From contig NZ_JAIETU010000011.1 of the NCBI RefSeq assembly GCF_019744875.1, positions 10,723 to 74,722 on the forward strand: a stretch of DNA of 64,000 nucleotides. The letters run 5' to 3'. Shown piece after piece: positions 8,871 through 17,918 of this stretch. The translations under genes were made by a program, and so were the position numbers. The stretch comes from Hyphomicrobium sp. (GTDB lineage Bacteria; Pseudomonadota; Alphaproteobacteria; Rhizobiales; Hyphomicrobiaceae). The notes under the pieces were generated by a model that saw only the letters and a program-made list of their open reading frames with translations, searched no databases and was not told the origin of the DNA. The first letter of the stretch is position 1. Every line of letters starts with the position of its first letter.

Positions 8871-9548
8871 ATGGCGAGGGCTGAGCCGATGGTTGATGCC
8901 GCTCAGGAAATGGACTCCATCTACCGGCTGCAGCGTCACATCTACGATGCGTCGCGTAAGTACTATCTGCTCGGCCGCGATGGGATGCTCGATGCCCTCA
9001 ATCCGCCGCCCGGCGGCACGGTGCTCGAAATCGGATGCGGGACGGGGCGTAATCTCATCCTGGCGTCGGGCCGCTATCCGGCGGCGCAGCTCTACGGCAT
9101 CGACGTTTCGGCGGTGATGCTCGAGACGGCGCAGGCGTCCGTCGCCAAGGCCGGTCTCTCGCACTGTATTCGGTTCGCCCAGGCGGACGCGAGCAAGCTC
9201 GACACGCAGGCCGACTTCGGCATCGCCGCGTTCGACCGTGTGTTCGTGTCCTATGCGCTCTCGATGATCCCGCCGTGGCGCGAAGCGCTGGAGCAGGCGT
9301 ACAGCGTCGTCAGGCCCGGCGGCTCGCTGCACATCGTCGATTTCGGCGAGCAGCAGCGCCTGCCTGTGATGTTCCGGTCGGGCCTCCGGGCGTGGCTCAG
9401 GCGGTTCTCGGTCCATCCGAGAGCGGAGCTCGAAGCGGAAGTGCGCAAGCTCGCGGAAGCCAACGGCGCGCACGCGACGTTCACGCGACCGTTCCGCGAC
9501 TATGCCTGCCGGGCCGAGATCCGGAAGCCGGCCGCGCCTACGCGATAA
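8871..9548 (+). CDS. btaB: BtaB-like class I SAM methyltransferase (DGTS synthesis)
   Basis: VLEIGCGTGRNL methyltransferase motif I. 225 aa, 4 nt after btaA. Confidence 0.75.
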   Translation: MARAEPMVDAAQEMDSIYRLQRHIYDASRKYYLLGRDGMLDALNPPPGGTVLEIGCGTGRNLILASGRYPAAQLYGIDVSAVMLETAQASVAKAGLSHCIRFAQADASKLDTQADFGIAAFDRVFVSYALSMIPPWREALEQAYSVVRPGGSLHIVDFGEQQRLPVMFRSGLRAWLRRFSVHPRAELEAEVRKLAEANGAHATFTRPFRDYACRAEIRKPAAPTR

Positions 9549-10557
9549 GCTTGGTGATCAGGACGGCGGGCAGGATCAGGGCGGCCGACCAGATCAGCGC
9601 GCTTACGGCGCTGACCGCGAGGACCGGGATAGCCGGTCGGCTCAGAACGCCCATCTCCAACGGCACAAGGCCGCGATTGAAGCCCTGAAACTTGCTGATC
9701 AGCAGGCTCACGAGGCCGCTGCGCTCGACGAATGCGGCGGCGTCCGCGTGCTGCTTCGGGGTGGCGCTGAAGGGCCAGGTGTCGATGCGGTCGCGCCGGC
9801 CGCTGCGGCCTTTGGCATAGGCGTAGACGTCGCCTGCGAATGCGCCTGCGGCGGCCGCGAAAGCGATCAGCGGCACGTCGCCCTTGCCGAGCACCATCAG
9901 GGTCGCGAGCCCGAATGCGAGGATCAGCGTCGGCACGAACAGGATGGGGCGGGGGATGGAGTTGGCGAGGGCGAGCGCGAACAGTGCTGCGGCGACCGCA
10001 TACTGATGGGCGGCGAGGAACGCGATCACCTCATCCTTGAAAGTGACGAGGAAGAACGCGGGCGCAATCACGCCGCCGGCCCAAATGAACGCGCTCAGAA
10101 CGTTGGCGATCTGGAACGGTATCTCGCGCATGCGGAACATGCCGGCGACAACCGGAATGACCGCGCGAACCGGCCCGAAGAAATGCCCGAGGAAAACACC
10201 GAACGCGCCGTAGGTGTCGAAGAACTCCTCGGCCTGCGAGATCAGGTGCGGACGCGTGGTGAAGGGCCAGATCTTGTGGACGCTGTCCTGGAAGTAGCGG
10301 CCGATCCAGAACGACACAGCATAGCCCAGCGTGCCGCCGAAGCCGGCGGCGACAATGGCGGGCCACAGCACGTGCATCTCGATGCCGCTTGCCGCGAGGA
10401 GCGCTGCGATGCCGACGAGAATGGCCGTGCCCGGAATGAGGAGCGACAGAAAGCAGAAGCTCTCTCCGAACGCGACGACGAACGCGACCGGCGCCGCCCA
10501 GTGCTCGTGCTCTCGAACGAACGCCACCACCGCTTCGACCGTTGCCTCAAGTGCCAT
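9538..10557 (-). CDS. DedA/SNARE-associated family membrane protein with extra C-terminal TM segments
   Basis: FGESFCFLSLLIPG…GYAVSFWIGRYF…FGPVRAVIPVVAG are DedA motifs. Confidence 0.75.
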   Translation of the reverse strand: MALEATVEAVVAFVREHEHWAAPVAFVVAFGESFCFLSLLIPGTAILVGIAALLAASGIEMHVLWPAIVAAGFGGTLGYAVSFWIGRYFQDSVHKIWPFTTRPHLISQAEEFFDTYGAFGVFLGHFFGPVRAVIPVVAGMFRMREIPFQIANVLSAFIWAGGVIAPAFFLVTFKDEVIAFLAAHQYAVAAALFALALANSIPRPILFVPTLILAFGLATLMVLGKGDVPLIAFAAAAGAFAGDVYAYAKGRSGRRDRIDTWPFSATPKQHADAAAFVERSGLVSLLISKFQGFNRGLVPLEMGVLSRPAIPVLAVSAVSALIWSAALILPAVLITKLIA

Positions 10558-10658
10558 CTGGCTCGTCTTTCTTCATGGGAGGCCACGGCACTCAGCGCAC
10601 GGACCAGCGTATGGAAATGCAGTCGCCCGGCGTGGGCTCTGTGTCAGTGTGACGGCGG

Positions 10659-11111
10659 TCAGGCCTTCTTGCAACGGCGATCGATCTCGCGCTGAAGCTC
10701 GCGGCCGACTTCACCCGCCAGCATTGCGCTGCGCGAGACCTGGGCCGGCGTGAGCCGCACGCCGACGCTCGCGAGGCTGGTCTTGGCCGTGTCGGCTTCG
10801 AGCTTGCCGCGCTTCAGCTCGTCGCACGTCAGCTCTTTCTTCTTCGATTTGTACGCGAAGAGCCGCACGCCCGAGGCATAGGCCTCCGGGGTCGGTGCTT
10901 CGTGGACCCAACTGCGGGACTTGTCGTCGACCATGTGTTTCAGCGTCGCCTGGCGGCGGCTGATGCATTCCGGGCTGTCGTCGACGCAGCCGAGACCGGC
11001 TCTCGATCCGATTTCAGGGCTCGACCCAATGGCGCAGGCCGCAAGCGAAAGAAGGCCGGCAACGAGGCCAAGGTTCGCCGCCAGTCGCAACGCGGCGTAG
11101 CAGATCGTCAT
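10659..11111 (-). CDS. Lipoprotein of unknown function
   Basis: Lipobox LLSLAAC after a hydrophobic N-terminus. High GC3. Confidence 0.55.
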   Translation of the reverse strand: MTICYAALRLAANLGLVAGLLSLAACAIGSSPEIGSRAGLGCVDDSPECISRRQATLKHMVDDKSRSWVHEAPTPEAYASGVRLFAYKSKKKELTCDELKRGKLEADTAKTSLASVGVRLTPAQVSRSAMLAGEVGRELQREIDRRCKKA

Positions 11112-11251
11112 CTCCGGCCCCTTGTTCTAACGTCGTTAGGCCAATAGAAGGCAGCCGTGGCAGGGTCAAGGCGGTTCGTCCGGCGGTCGAGACGCCTTAA
11201 GATGCCGATGCGGGTCTGCACATAATCGCGTTCCATTTCATGGAGTTCCAG

Positions 11252-12220
11252 ATGGTCCATGGTGTCCGGTTGCACGAGCTCGGCGGTCCTGACCGGCTGG
11301 TCTGGGAGGAGATTCCGGTTGGAGTCCCCGGGCCTGGCGACGTTCGAATCAAACAGCGGGCCGCTGGGCTCAACTATATCGACGTCTATTTCCGTACGGG
11401 TCTCTACCCGCTTGCGAGCCTGCCGGCGATCATCGGCATGGAGGGCGCAGGCGACGTGATCGCGCTGGGCGAGGGCGTGACGTCGCTCAGCATCGGAGAC
11501 AGGGTCGCTTATGCGGGCGCGCTCGGCGGCTATGCCGAGGAGCGCATCATCGCTGCGGACCGGCTGGTGAAGATCCCTGAGGGGATCTCTTACGAGACCG
11601 CGGCGGCCATGATGCTGCAAGGCATGACGGTCCGCTATCTGCTGCGCGAGACGTTCGCCGTCACCAGCGAGAGCGTGATCCTGTTCCATGCCGCTGCGGG
11701 CGGCGTCGGGTTGATTGCGTGCCAGTGGGCGCGCGCGCTGGGCGCGACGCTGATCGGAACCGTGAGCACCGACGAGAAGGCCGAACTCGCACGTAAGGCG
11801 GGCGCGACGCATGTGATCGTCACGGCGCGCGAGGATTTCGTGGCGCGCGTGCGCGAGATCACGAACGGGCGGTTGTGCGATGTCGTCTATGACAGCGTGG
11901 GCAAGGACACCTATCGCGGCTCGCTCGACTGCCTGCGGCCGCGCGGAACGTGGGTGAGTTTCGGCAACGCCTCCGGACCTGTGCCGCCGTTCGAGCTGAC
12001 GCTGCTCAAGGGATCGCTGTTCGCCACCCGTCCGTCGCTGATGGCCTACACGGCGACGCAGGCCGCGCTTGCGGCCAACGCGGCCGACCTGTTCGCGATG
12101 GTGGCGTCGGGACGCATTACGATCCCGATCAATCAGACGTATACGTTGCGCGACGCGGCGGAAGCGCATCGGGCGCTCGAAGCACGCCGCACGACCGGCT
12201 CGACGGTGTTGACGATTTGA
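11252..12220 (+). CDS. qor: NADPH:quinone oxidoreductase (zeta-crystallin/MDR family)
   Basis: HELGGPDRLVWEE…GLNYIDVYFRTGLYP…AAAGGVG. ATG at 11252 with GGAG 6 nt upstream is preferred over 11240. Confidence 0.85.
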   Translation: MVHGVRLHELGGPDRLVWEEIPVGVPGPGDVRIKQRAAGLNYIDVYFRTGLYPLASLPAIIGMEGAGDVIALGEGVTSLSIGDRVAYAGALGGYAEERIIAADRLVKIPEGISYETAAAMMLQGMTVRYLLRETFAVTSESVILFHAAAGGVGLIACQWARALGATLIGTVSTDEKAELARKAGATHVIVTAREDFVARVREITNGRLCDVVYDSVGKDTYRGSLDCLRPRGTWVSFGNASGPVPPFELTLLKGSLFATRPSLMAYTATQAALAANAADLFAMVASGRITIPINQTYTLRDAAEAHRALEARRTTGSTVLTI

Positions 12221-12239
12221 TTAGCGAGGGGAGACCTGA

Positions 12240-12872
12240 ATGGCTGACGCTCCGATCGACTTCTATTTCTGGCCGACGCCAAACGGCTTCAAGATCCGCA
12301 TCATGCTCGAGGAATGCGGGCTCGCCTACCGCTTGAAGCCGGTCGACATCTCGAAGGGCGATCAGTTCAAGCCCAAGTTCCTCGCCATCTCGCCGAACAA
12401 CAAGATGCCGGCCATCGTCGATCCGGATGGGCCGGGCGGGGAGCCGATTTCGATCTTCGAAAGCGGCGCCATTCTCCAATATCTTGGCCGCAAGTCCGGT
12501 CAGTTCTATCCGACGGACGAGCGCGCGCGCGTGCTCGTGGAGCAGTGGCTGTTCTGGCAGGTCGGCGGGTTCGGTCCGATGGCGGGGCAGGCGCATCACT
12601 TCCGCCACTACGCGCCGAAGAAGGTCGCCTACGGCATCGAGCGCTACACGACCGAGGTTACGCGCCTCTACGGCGTGCTCGAAAAGCAGCTCAAGAAGCG
12701 CGATTTCATCGCCGATACCTACTCCATCGCCGACATGGCCAGCCTGCCGTGGGCGCTGAACTGGGAGAAGCAGGGGCAGGACCTCAAGGCCTTCCCGCGC
12801 GTGAAGGCCTGGATCGAGCGTCTTTCGGCCCGCGACGGCGTCCAACGGGGGCTTTCCAACAAGCTCAAATGA
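12240..12872 (+). CDS. Glutathione S-transferase (Nu/YfcG-like)
   Basis: FWPTPNGFKIRIMLEE…ISPNNKMPAIVDP…FESGAILQYL. Confidence 0.85.
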   Translation: MADAPIDFYFWPTPNGFKIRIMLEECGLAYRLKPVDISKGDQFKPKFLAISPNNKMPAIVDPDGPGGEPISIFESGAILQYLGRKSGQFYPTDERARVLVEQWLFWQVGGFGPMAGQAHHFRHYAPKKVAYGIERYTTEVTRLYGVLEKQLKKRDFIADTYSIADMASLPWALNWEKQGQDLKAFPRVKAWIERLSARDGVQRGLSNKLK

Positions 12873-13138
12873 CGGGCCGCCGGAGAAACTTCCGGCATGG
12901 TTACCGCAAGGTTTCCAAATTGCTTAAGCTTTGATTTCTTGCCGGCCGGAAGCGGCCCGTTCGCCTCGAAACGAGTCGCGGGGCAACCGTTCCTTGGCGA
13001 AACGCCTGTTCCCTCGTTTACTGCTTATCATGAGCGCGCCCCCTATCGTTTGCTTCCAGAGGCCGCGGCACACCTGGCATTTCAGGCCGTGCCAGCCGCC
13101 TTCGGATCAGAAGCGACAGCGCTCAGAGGTAAACAGGG

Positions 13139-13408
13139 ATGGCACGTTTTGAATTTTCTTCCGAAGACGTCGTTGACGTTTCGGCACAGGGCGGCAGCAC
13201 GGATGCGCTCTACCAGCTCGGACTGATGTACTGCGTCGGCCGGGATGTCGGCGTGAACCTCGTCGAGGCCCACAAGTGGTTCAATCTCGCTGCCATGCGC
13301 GGCAACGATGACGCCAAGGCCTACCGGCTCGAAATCTCCCGCGAGATGACCAAAAAAGAAATCGCGGCCGCCCAGAAGAGCGCCCGCGAATGGTTGCGTT
13401 GCCACTAA
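13139..13408 (+). CDS. Sel1-repeat (TPR-like) small protein
   Basis: ALYQLGLMYCVGRDVGVNLVEAHKWFNLAAMRGNDDA is a Sel1 repeat. Confidence 0.7.
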   Translation: MARFEFSSEDVVDVSAQGGSTDALYQLGLMYCVGRDVGVNLVEAHKWFNLAAMRGNDDAKAYRLEISREMTKKEIAAAQKSAREWLRCH

Positions 13409-13427
13409 AGAAGCTGGCGTAGGTTTT

Positions 13428-14318
13428 TTAGGCTGCCTCGCCGGCTTCTTCGACCCGCGCGGCGCCCTGTACAGCCTTCTGGACCTTCTCGAAGGCGCGC
13501 ACTTCAATCTGCCGAATACGCTCGCGTGAGACGCCGAATTCCGTCGACAGCTCCTCGAGCGTGACGGGCTCGTCCGCGAGACGGCGCGCTTCGAAAATTC
13601 TCCGCTCACGATCGTTGAGCGTTGCCAGTGCGTCGCTCAGATACGACTTGCGGCGGCCCATCTCGTCGTCCTTGACGAGCGTTTCCTCCTGGTCGGGCGC
13701 ATCGTCGACGAGCCAATCCTGCCATTCTCCGGATTCGGAGTCGGCACGCACGGGCGCGTTGAGCGAGGCGTCGCCGCCGAGACGGCGGTTCATCGAAACG
13801 ACGTCTTCTTCCGACACGCCGAACTTGGTGGCGATCGTCTTGACGTGCTCAGGCTTCAGATCGCCTTCTTCCAGGGCCTGAAGCTGGCTCTTGGCGCGCC
13901 GCAGGTTGAAGAACAGCTTCTTCTGGGCGGCCGTGGTGCCCATCTTCACGAGGCTCCACGAGCGCAGGATGTATTCCTGGATCGAAGCGCGGATCCACCA
14001 CATCGCGTACGTCGCCAAGCGGAACCCGCGTTCGGGCTCGAAGCGCTTGACGGCCTGCATCAGGCCGACGTTGCCTTCGGAGATCACTTCGCCGATCGGC
14101 AGGCCGTAACCGCGATAGCCCATTGCGATGCGCGCGACGAGACGCAGATGCGAGGTGATCAGCTCCTGCGCCGCATCCGTATCGCCGTCATCGCGCCAGC
14201 GCTTCGCCAGCATGTATTCCTGATCCGGCTCCAACATCGGAAACCGGCGGATTTCCTCGAGGTAGCGCGACAGCCCATTCGAGCCGCCGGCAATCGTCGG
14301 AAGTGATTTTGTCGCCAT
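13428..14318 (-). CDS. rpoH: RNA polymerase sigma-32 (heat-shock sigma factor)
   Basis: RpoH box QKKLFFNLRRAK. Also LRLVARIAMGYRGYGLP and ATYAMWWIRASIQEYILRSWS. Confidence 0.95.
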   Translation of the reverse strand: MATKSLPTIAGGSNGLSRYLEEIRRFPMLEPDQEYMLAKRWRDDGDTDAAQELITSHLRLVARIAMGYRGYGLPIGEVISEGNVGLMQAVKRFEPERGFRLATYAMWWIRASIQEYILRSWSLVKMGTTAAQKKLFFNLRRAKSQLQALEEGDLKPEHVKTIATKFGVSEEDVVSMNRRLGGDASLNAPVRADSESGEWQDWLVDDAPDQEETLVKDDEMGRRKSYLSDALATLNDRERRIFEARRLADEPVTLEELSTEFGVSRERIRQIEVRAFEKVQKAVQGAARVEEAGEAA

Positions 14319-14535
14319 GTCTGTTTCACGCTCTGGCGGGATTGACCCGTCAGTGTACGCTCCCCATATCAACGTCGCGGACAAACTCTCGATATTGGAG
14401 GTTGTTCCGTACGCGCCTGCTTGCGGCGGGCTAGGTTTCCAGCACGTTTCAGCATGCCGAACTGCAACGTGCCAGTTGCATTGGAGTTTCGTTTTCTTAA
14501 CGCAACCTTATGTCGGAATCCGTCGGTCGGGATAA

Positions 14536-15669
14536 TTACGGTTTGGAAATTTTGCGCTTCGCTTTGGCGCGAGGGCCACTGGCCGCCTGTAAATCCGGGC
14601 CTTTTAGCGCCTTGTAGAGCCTTTCGATGTCGGCCGGTCGCGAACTTGTGAAGTGGAGCGAGCGGCCCGTGACGGGGTGCTCGAACCCCAATTCCACGGC
14701 ATGGAGCGCCTGGCGACCAAGTGCGGTCAAGGCTTCGGCGGCGTCGGCCGACAGTGTGCGGATGCTGGCCTTGAAGCCCGTGCCGTAGGCCGGATCACCC
14801 ATCACGGGGTGGCCCAGGTGCGCGAGATGGACGCGGATCTGGTGTGTGCGGCCGGTTTCCAGAACAAGCCGCAAGCGTGTGGCGGCGGGCGTTCCGTTCA
14901 ATCCGTTGAAGGTTTCGATTGCCTCGTAGTGCGTGATGGCGTGCCGGCCAAGCGTTTCGCGCACAACAGCCATGCGTGTGCGGTTGGCCGTGCTGCGTGC
15001 GAGGTTGGCATCAATGGCGCCGCTGGCCCGCAGCGGCACGCCCCAGGCGAAGGCCTCATAGGCGCGCACGAGACGGCCGTCGGTGCCGTGCGCGGCGAAC
15101 TGCTCGGAGAGGCCGCGATGGGCGGCGTCGGTTTTCGCGATCACCAGCAGGCCCGAGGTGTCCTTGTCGAGACGATGGACAATGCCCGGGCGCTTCACGC
15201 CGCCGATGCCGGAAAGCTCGTCGCCGCAGTGGGCGATCAGGGCATTCACCAGCGTTCCACCGGCGTGGCCGGCGGCGGGATGGACGACGAGGCCGGCAGG
15301 CTTGTCGAGCACGAGCAGGTGCGGGTCCTCGTAGACGATGACGAGTGGAATCGGTTCGCCGGCCGGCTCGGCCGCGACAGGCTCGGGAACATCGACGACG
15401 ATGTGCTGGCCGATCTTCGTCTTGGTGCCGGGGTCGCGCTCGGGCGTGCCGTCGCACGTTACGTGCCCCTGGCGGATAAGGGTCTGCAAGCGGGCCCGGC
15501 TCAGGGCGGGCGAGAAGTGGGCCGCGAGCACACGGTCCAGCCGCTGGCCGGAAGCGGCTTCTGCAACCGTGAGCTCCTGGCGGCCCGTCAGCACGACGGG
15601 TTCTTCGAACTCCGGATCTGCGATCTCGGTGTCGTCGTCTTCGATCATGGCGTCTTCGTCTTCGGTCAT
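14536..15669 (-). CDS. rluD: RluA-family 23S rRNA pseudouridine synthase (RluD-like)
   Basis: S4 domain plus HRLDKDTSGLLV catalytic motif and THQIRVHLAHLGHP. Confidence 0.9.
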   Translation of the reverse strand: MTEDEDAMIEDDDTEIADPEFEEPVVLTGRQELTVAEAASGQRLDRVLAAHFSPALSRARLQTLIRQGHVTCDGTPERDPGTKTKIGQHIVVDVPEPVAAEPAGEPIPLVIVYEDPHLLVLDKPAGLVVHPAAGHAGGTLVNALIAHCGDELSGIGGVKRPGIVHRLDKDTSGLLVIAKTDAAHRGLSEQFAAHGTDGRLVRAYEAFAWGVPLRASGAIDANLARSTANRTRMAVVRETLGRHAITHYEAIETFNGLNGTPAATRLRLVLETGRTHQIRVHLAHLGHPVMGDPAYGTGFKASIRTLSADAAEALTALGRQALHAVELGFEHPVTGRSLHFTSSRPADIERLYKALKGPDLQAASGPRAKAKRKISKP

Positions 15670-15765
15670 GATCGGCCGCCTTTTTCACCGGATTTCTGTC
15701 GCCTTGGGCGTTCGGATGCTGTTAGAGCACGGGGGTGACCAGCTTCGTTTCCGAGAGACGACACC

Positions 15766-16185
15766 ATGAGCGAGCCCACGCCCGTCCCGCATGCCGCCGA
15801 TCGCGCTGAGGCGGCCGCGCGCAATCGCAAGGAACGCGTGCTGGTGTTCATCGTCGCCTTTCTCGGCCTGCTCATCGTGGCGGGCATCGCGGCCGTGGTG
15901 CTCAGGATCATCTATCTCTCCGCAAACCCTGCCGCAAATCCCACCGCACCCCCGGGGCTACAACAGGGTTCGGTCGAAATCGGCCCGCGGACGCAGCTCG
16001 GAGCCATGGACGCGTCGCAACTTGCGTTGCCAGAGGGCGCTACGGTCAAGTCGCTCTCGTTAAGCGGTGACCGGCTTGCCGTCCACTACGAGGCGGGGGG
16101 CAAGGACGCGATCGCCATTCTCGATGTCGCATCCGGGGCGGTGCTGCGGCGATACGACGTGGTTCCGGGCGCGCCGAAGCCGTAG
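15766..16185 (+). CDS. Membrane-anchored hypothetical protein
   Basis: One TM segment (VLVFIVAFLGLLIVAGIAAVVL). High GC3. No family recognised. Confidence 0.5.
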   Translation: MSEPTPVPHAADRAEAAARNRKERVLVFIVAFLGLLIVAGIAAVVLRIIYLSANPAANPTAPPGLQQGSVEIGPRTQLGAMDASQLALPEGATVKSLSLSGDRLAVHYEAGGKDAIAILDVASGAVLRRYDVVPGAPKP

Positions 16186-16259
16186 GTTTGCCCGCGCAAA
16201 CGCAAGTTCCCGCTTGATCGCGTGCCGGGCCTCTCTTATAGGTGGCCGCTCCAGCGAGA

Positions 16260-16335
16260 GCCCCGTTCGTCTAGTGGCCTAGGACACCAGCCTCTCACGT
16301 TGGTAACAGGGGTTCGAGTCCCCTACGGGGCGCCA
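16260..16335 (+). tRNA. tRNA-Glu (anticodon CUC)
   Basis: Cloverleaf folded by hand: acceptor GCCCCGT/ACGGGGC, anticodon stem CCAGC/GTTGG, loop CTCTCAC, T-arm GGGGTTCGAGTCCCC, encoded CCA. Confidence 0.9.
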
Positions 16336-16428
16336 CACCAGCCATAAGCCATTGAAATTGCGCAAACCCTTGGTTTCCAAGGGTTTCGCTAGCTCGACTG
16401 CTACGAATTTCTGCTTCGTAGCATGACT

Positions 16429-16702
16429 ATGAGGGACGTGGCTAAGTTCCCCTTTCTGACCCAACGAAACGGCAGCGCAATGGAACTGCAAGCGCGATGT
16501 CGACCCTGGGCTGAGGGCTGAGGGTCGAGGCAAACAGATTGGGTGTTCACTGAAAACACCGGATCGCAGATTGGCAGAGAAGGCCTACGCGGCTCAGCAC
16601 TCGGAGGTCGAGCAGATCTTCGATCGGTGGCGTACGGAGGACAGGCAACCGATTGGTAGGTCTGAACCTGATAAGAGGCCTCCATCGAAACTTGCTGTGT
16701 GA
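16429..16702 (+). pseudogene. Tyrosine-integrase N-terminal remnant (frameshifted, catalytic domain absent)
   Basis: Frame 1 reads MRDVAKFPFLTQRNGS…. The next frame reads WNCKRDVDPGLRAEGRGKQIGCSLKTPDRRLAEKAYAA…. Together these mimic the YL.RNG.WYFRRRVP.DLR…GK.EI..SLKT.D…A integrase N-terminus. It starts 94 nt after the tRNA. Confidence 0.55.
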
Positions 16703-17035
16703 CGCCGGCGCTGCTTCGGCGTCTTGCTGATATCCACTATCTGGAGGATGTCTATCGACGCATCTGCCAGGTCAGGTCCGCTTACGAGCGACAACGGGGC
16801 ATCAGCGCTGGTTGGTGATCCGTCCTATGACCCCGACCCATCGACGCCAACGACGGTGTACCCTCGTGCAACAAGATCACGCGCGACAGGTACGCCTGCT
16901 CCGCAACCTATATCGAGGACCCGGCCCTCTTCGGCTGGCAAGTCCTCGATGAGGTGAACAACCCATTTTCGATGTACGGCAGAAGTTCCGAACCGTTCGA
17001 GGTAGACGCCTGCGCCGTCGTTATAGCCTGAGACG
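16594..17035 (-). pseudogene. Class I SAM methyltransferase fragment (premature stop, no start codon)
   Basis: Minus frame reads …YNDGAGVYLERFG…VLDIGCGAGVPVARDLVARGYTVVGVDGSGS, then TAG at 16825-16827. A downstream remnant lies in another frame. Confidence 0.4.
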
Positions 17036-17309
17036 ACAATCCATTTGGGGGCATTGGACGTGCCGACAACGTTTGCAGATTGGCGATCGAACGTTGAGCC
17101 CGACTGCCGCTCCTGGCCCGTCGCAGACGTTGCAGCCTAGGCAGATCCGTCCCAGAAGCCGAAGTCGGATCAGAGGCCGCCCGCACGCTCGGCCATGTTT
17201 GTCCGCTTCTGATCCGGGCTCCGCCGTCACGGCATGACAGGCTTGGAGCCATTTGCAGCACGAAGACGTATTGTGCTAATGGCCCAGCCGATAGTGATCG
17301 AGCGAGCAC

Positions 17310-17918
17310 ATGCCCGAACCCGACACCTCACTCTCCATTCTCATTATCGATGAGAATCGGCTTCGGGCGGCCGTGATCCAAGACGGGCTGCGCGATGCCG
17401 GCTACAATAGGCTTACCGTGGTCCACGACGTTGTCGGTATCGCGCGACGCATCTCGGACATATCGCCAGACGTCATCGTCATCGATCTGGAGAATCCCAA
17501 TCGCGACGTGCTCGAGAGCATGTTCCAGTTGTCCCGTGCAGTGAAGCGTCCGATCGCCATGTTCGTCGATCGCTCCGACCAGGCGGCGATCGAGGCGGCG
17601 GTGGACGCCGGCGTTTCGGCCTATGTCGTCGACGGACTGAAGCGTGAGCGCGTCAAGCCTATCCTGGACATGGCGATTAGCCGATTCAATGCGTTCGCAC
17701 GCATGTCACGCGAGCTGGAAGAGGCGCGCTCGCAGCTCGAAAGTCGCAAGCTCGTGGATCGCGCGAAGGGAATCCTTATGAAAACGCGCGGCCTGTCGGA
17801 AGCCGATGCGTATTCATTGCTGCGCAAGACCGCCATGAACCAAAATCGCAAGATTTCCGAAATTGCAGAGAGCTTGATCACCGCTGCCGGCCTGTTGGCT
17901 CCGCCGGAGGACACATGA
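17310..17918 (+). CDS. nasT: NasT: response-regulator receiver + ANTAR RNA-binding antiterminator
   Basis: REC domain followed by the ANTAR motif LVDRAKGILMKTRGLSEADAYSLLRKTAMNQNRKISEIA. Confidence 0.9.
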   Translation: MPEPDTSLSILIIDENRLRAAVIQDGLRDAGYNRLTVVHDVVGIARRISDISPDVIVIDLENPNRDVLESMFQLSRAVKRPIAMFVDRSDQAAIEAAVDAGVSAYVVDGLKRERVKPILDMAISRFNAFARMSRELEEARSQLESRKLVDRAKGILMKTRGLSEADAYSLLRKTAMNQNRKISEIAESLITAAGLLAPPEDT

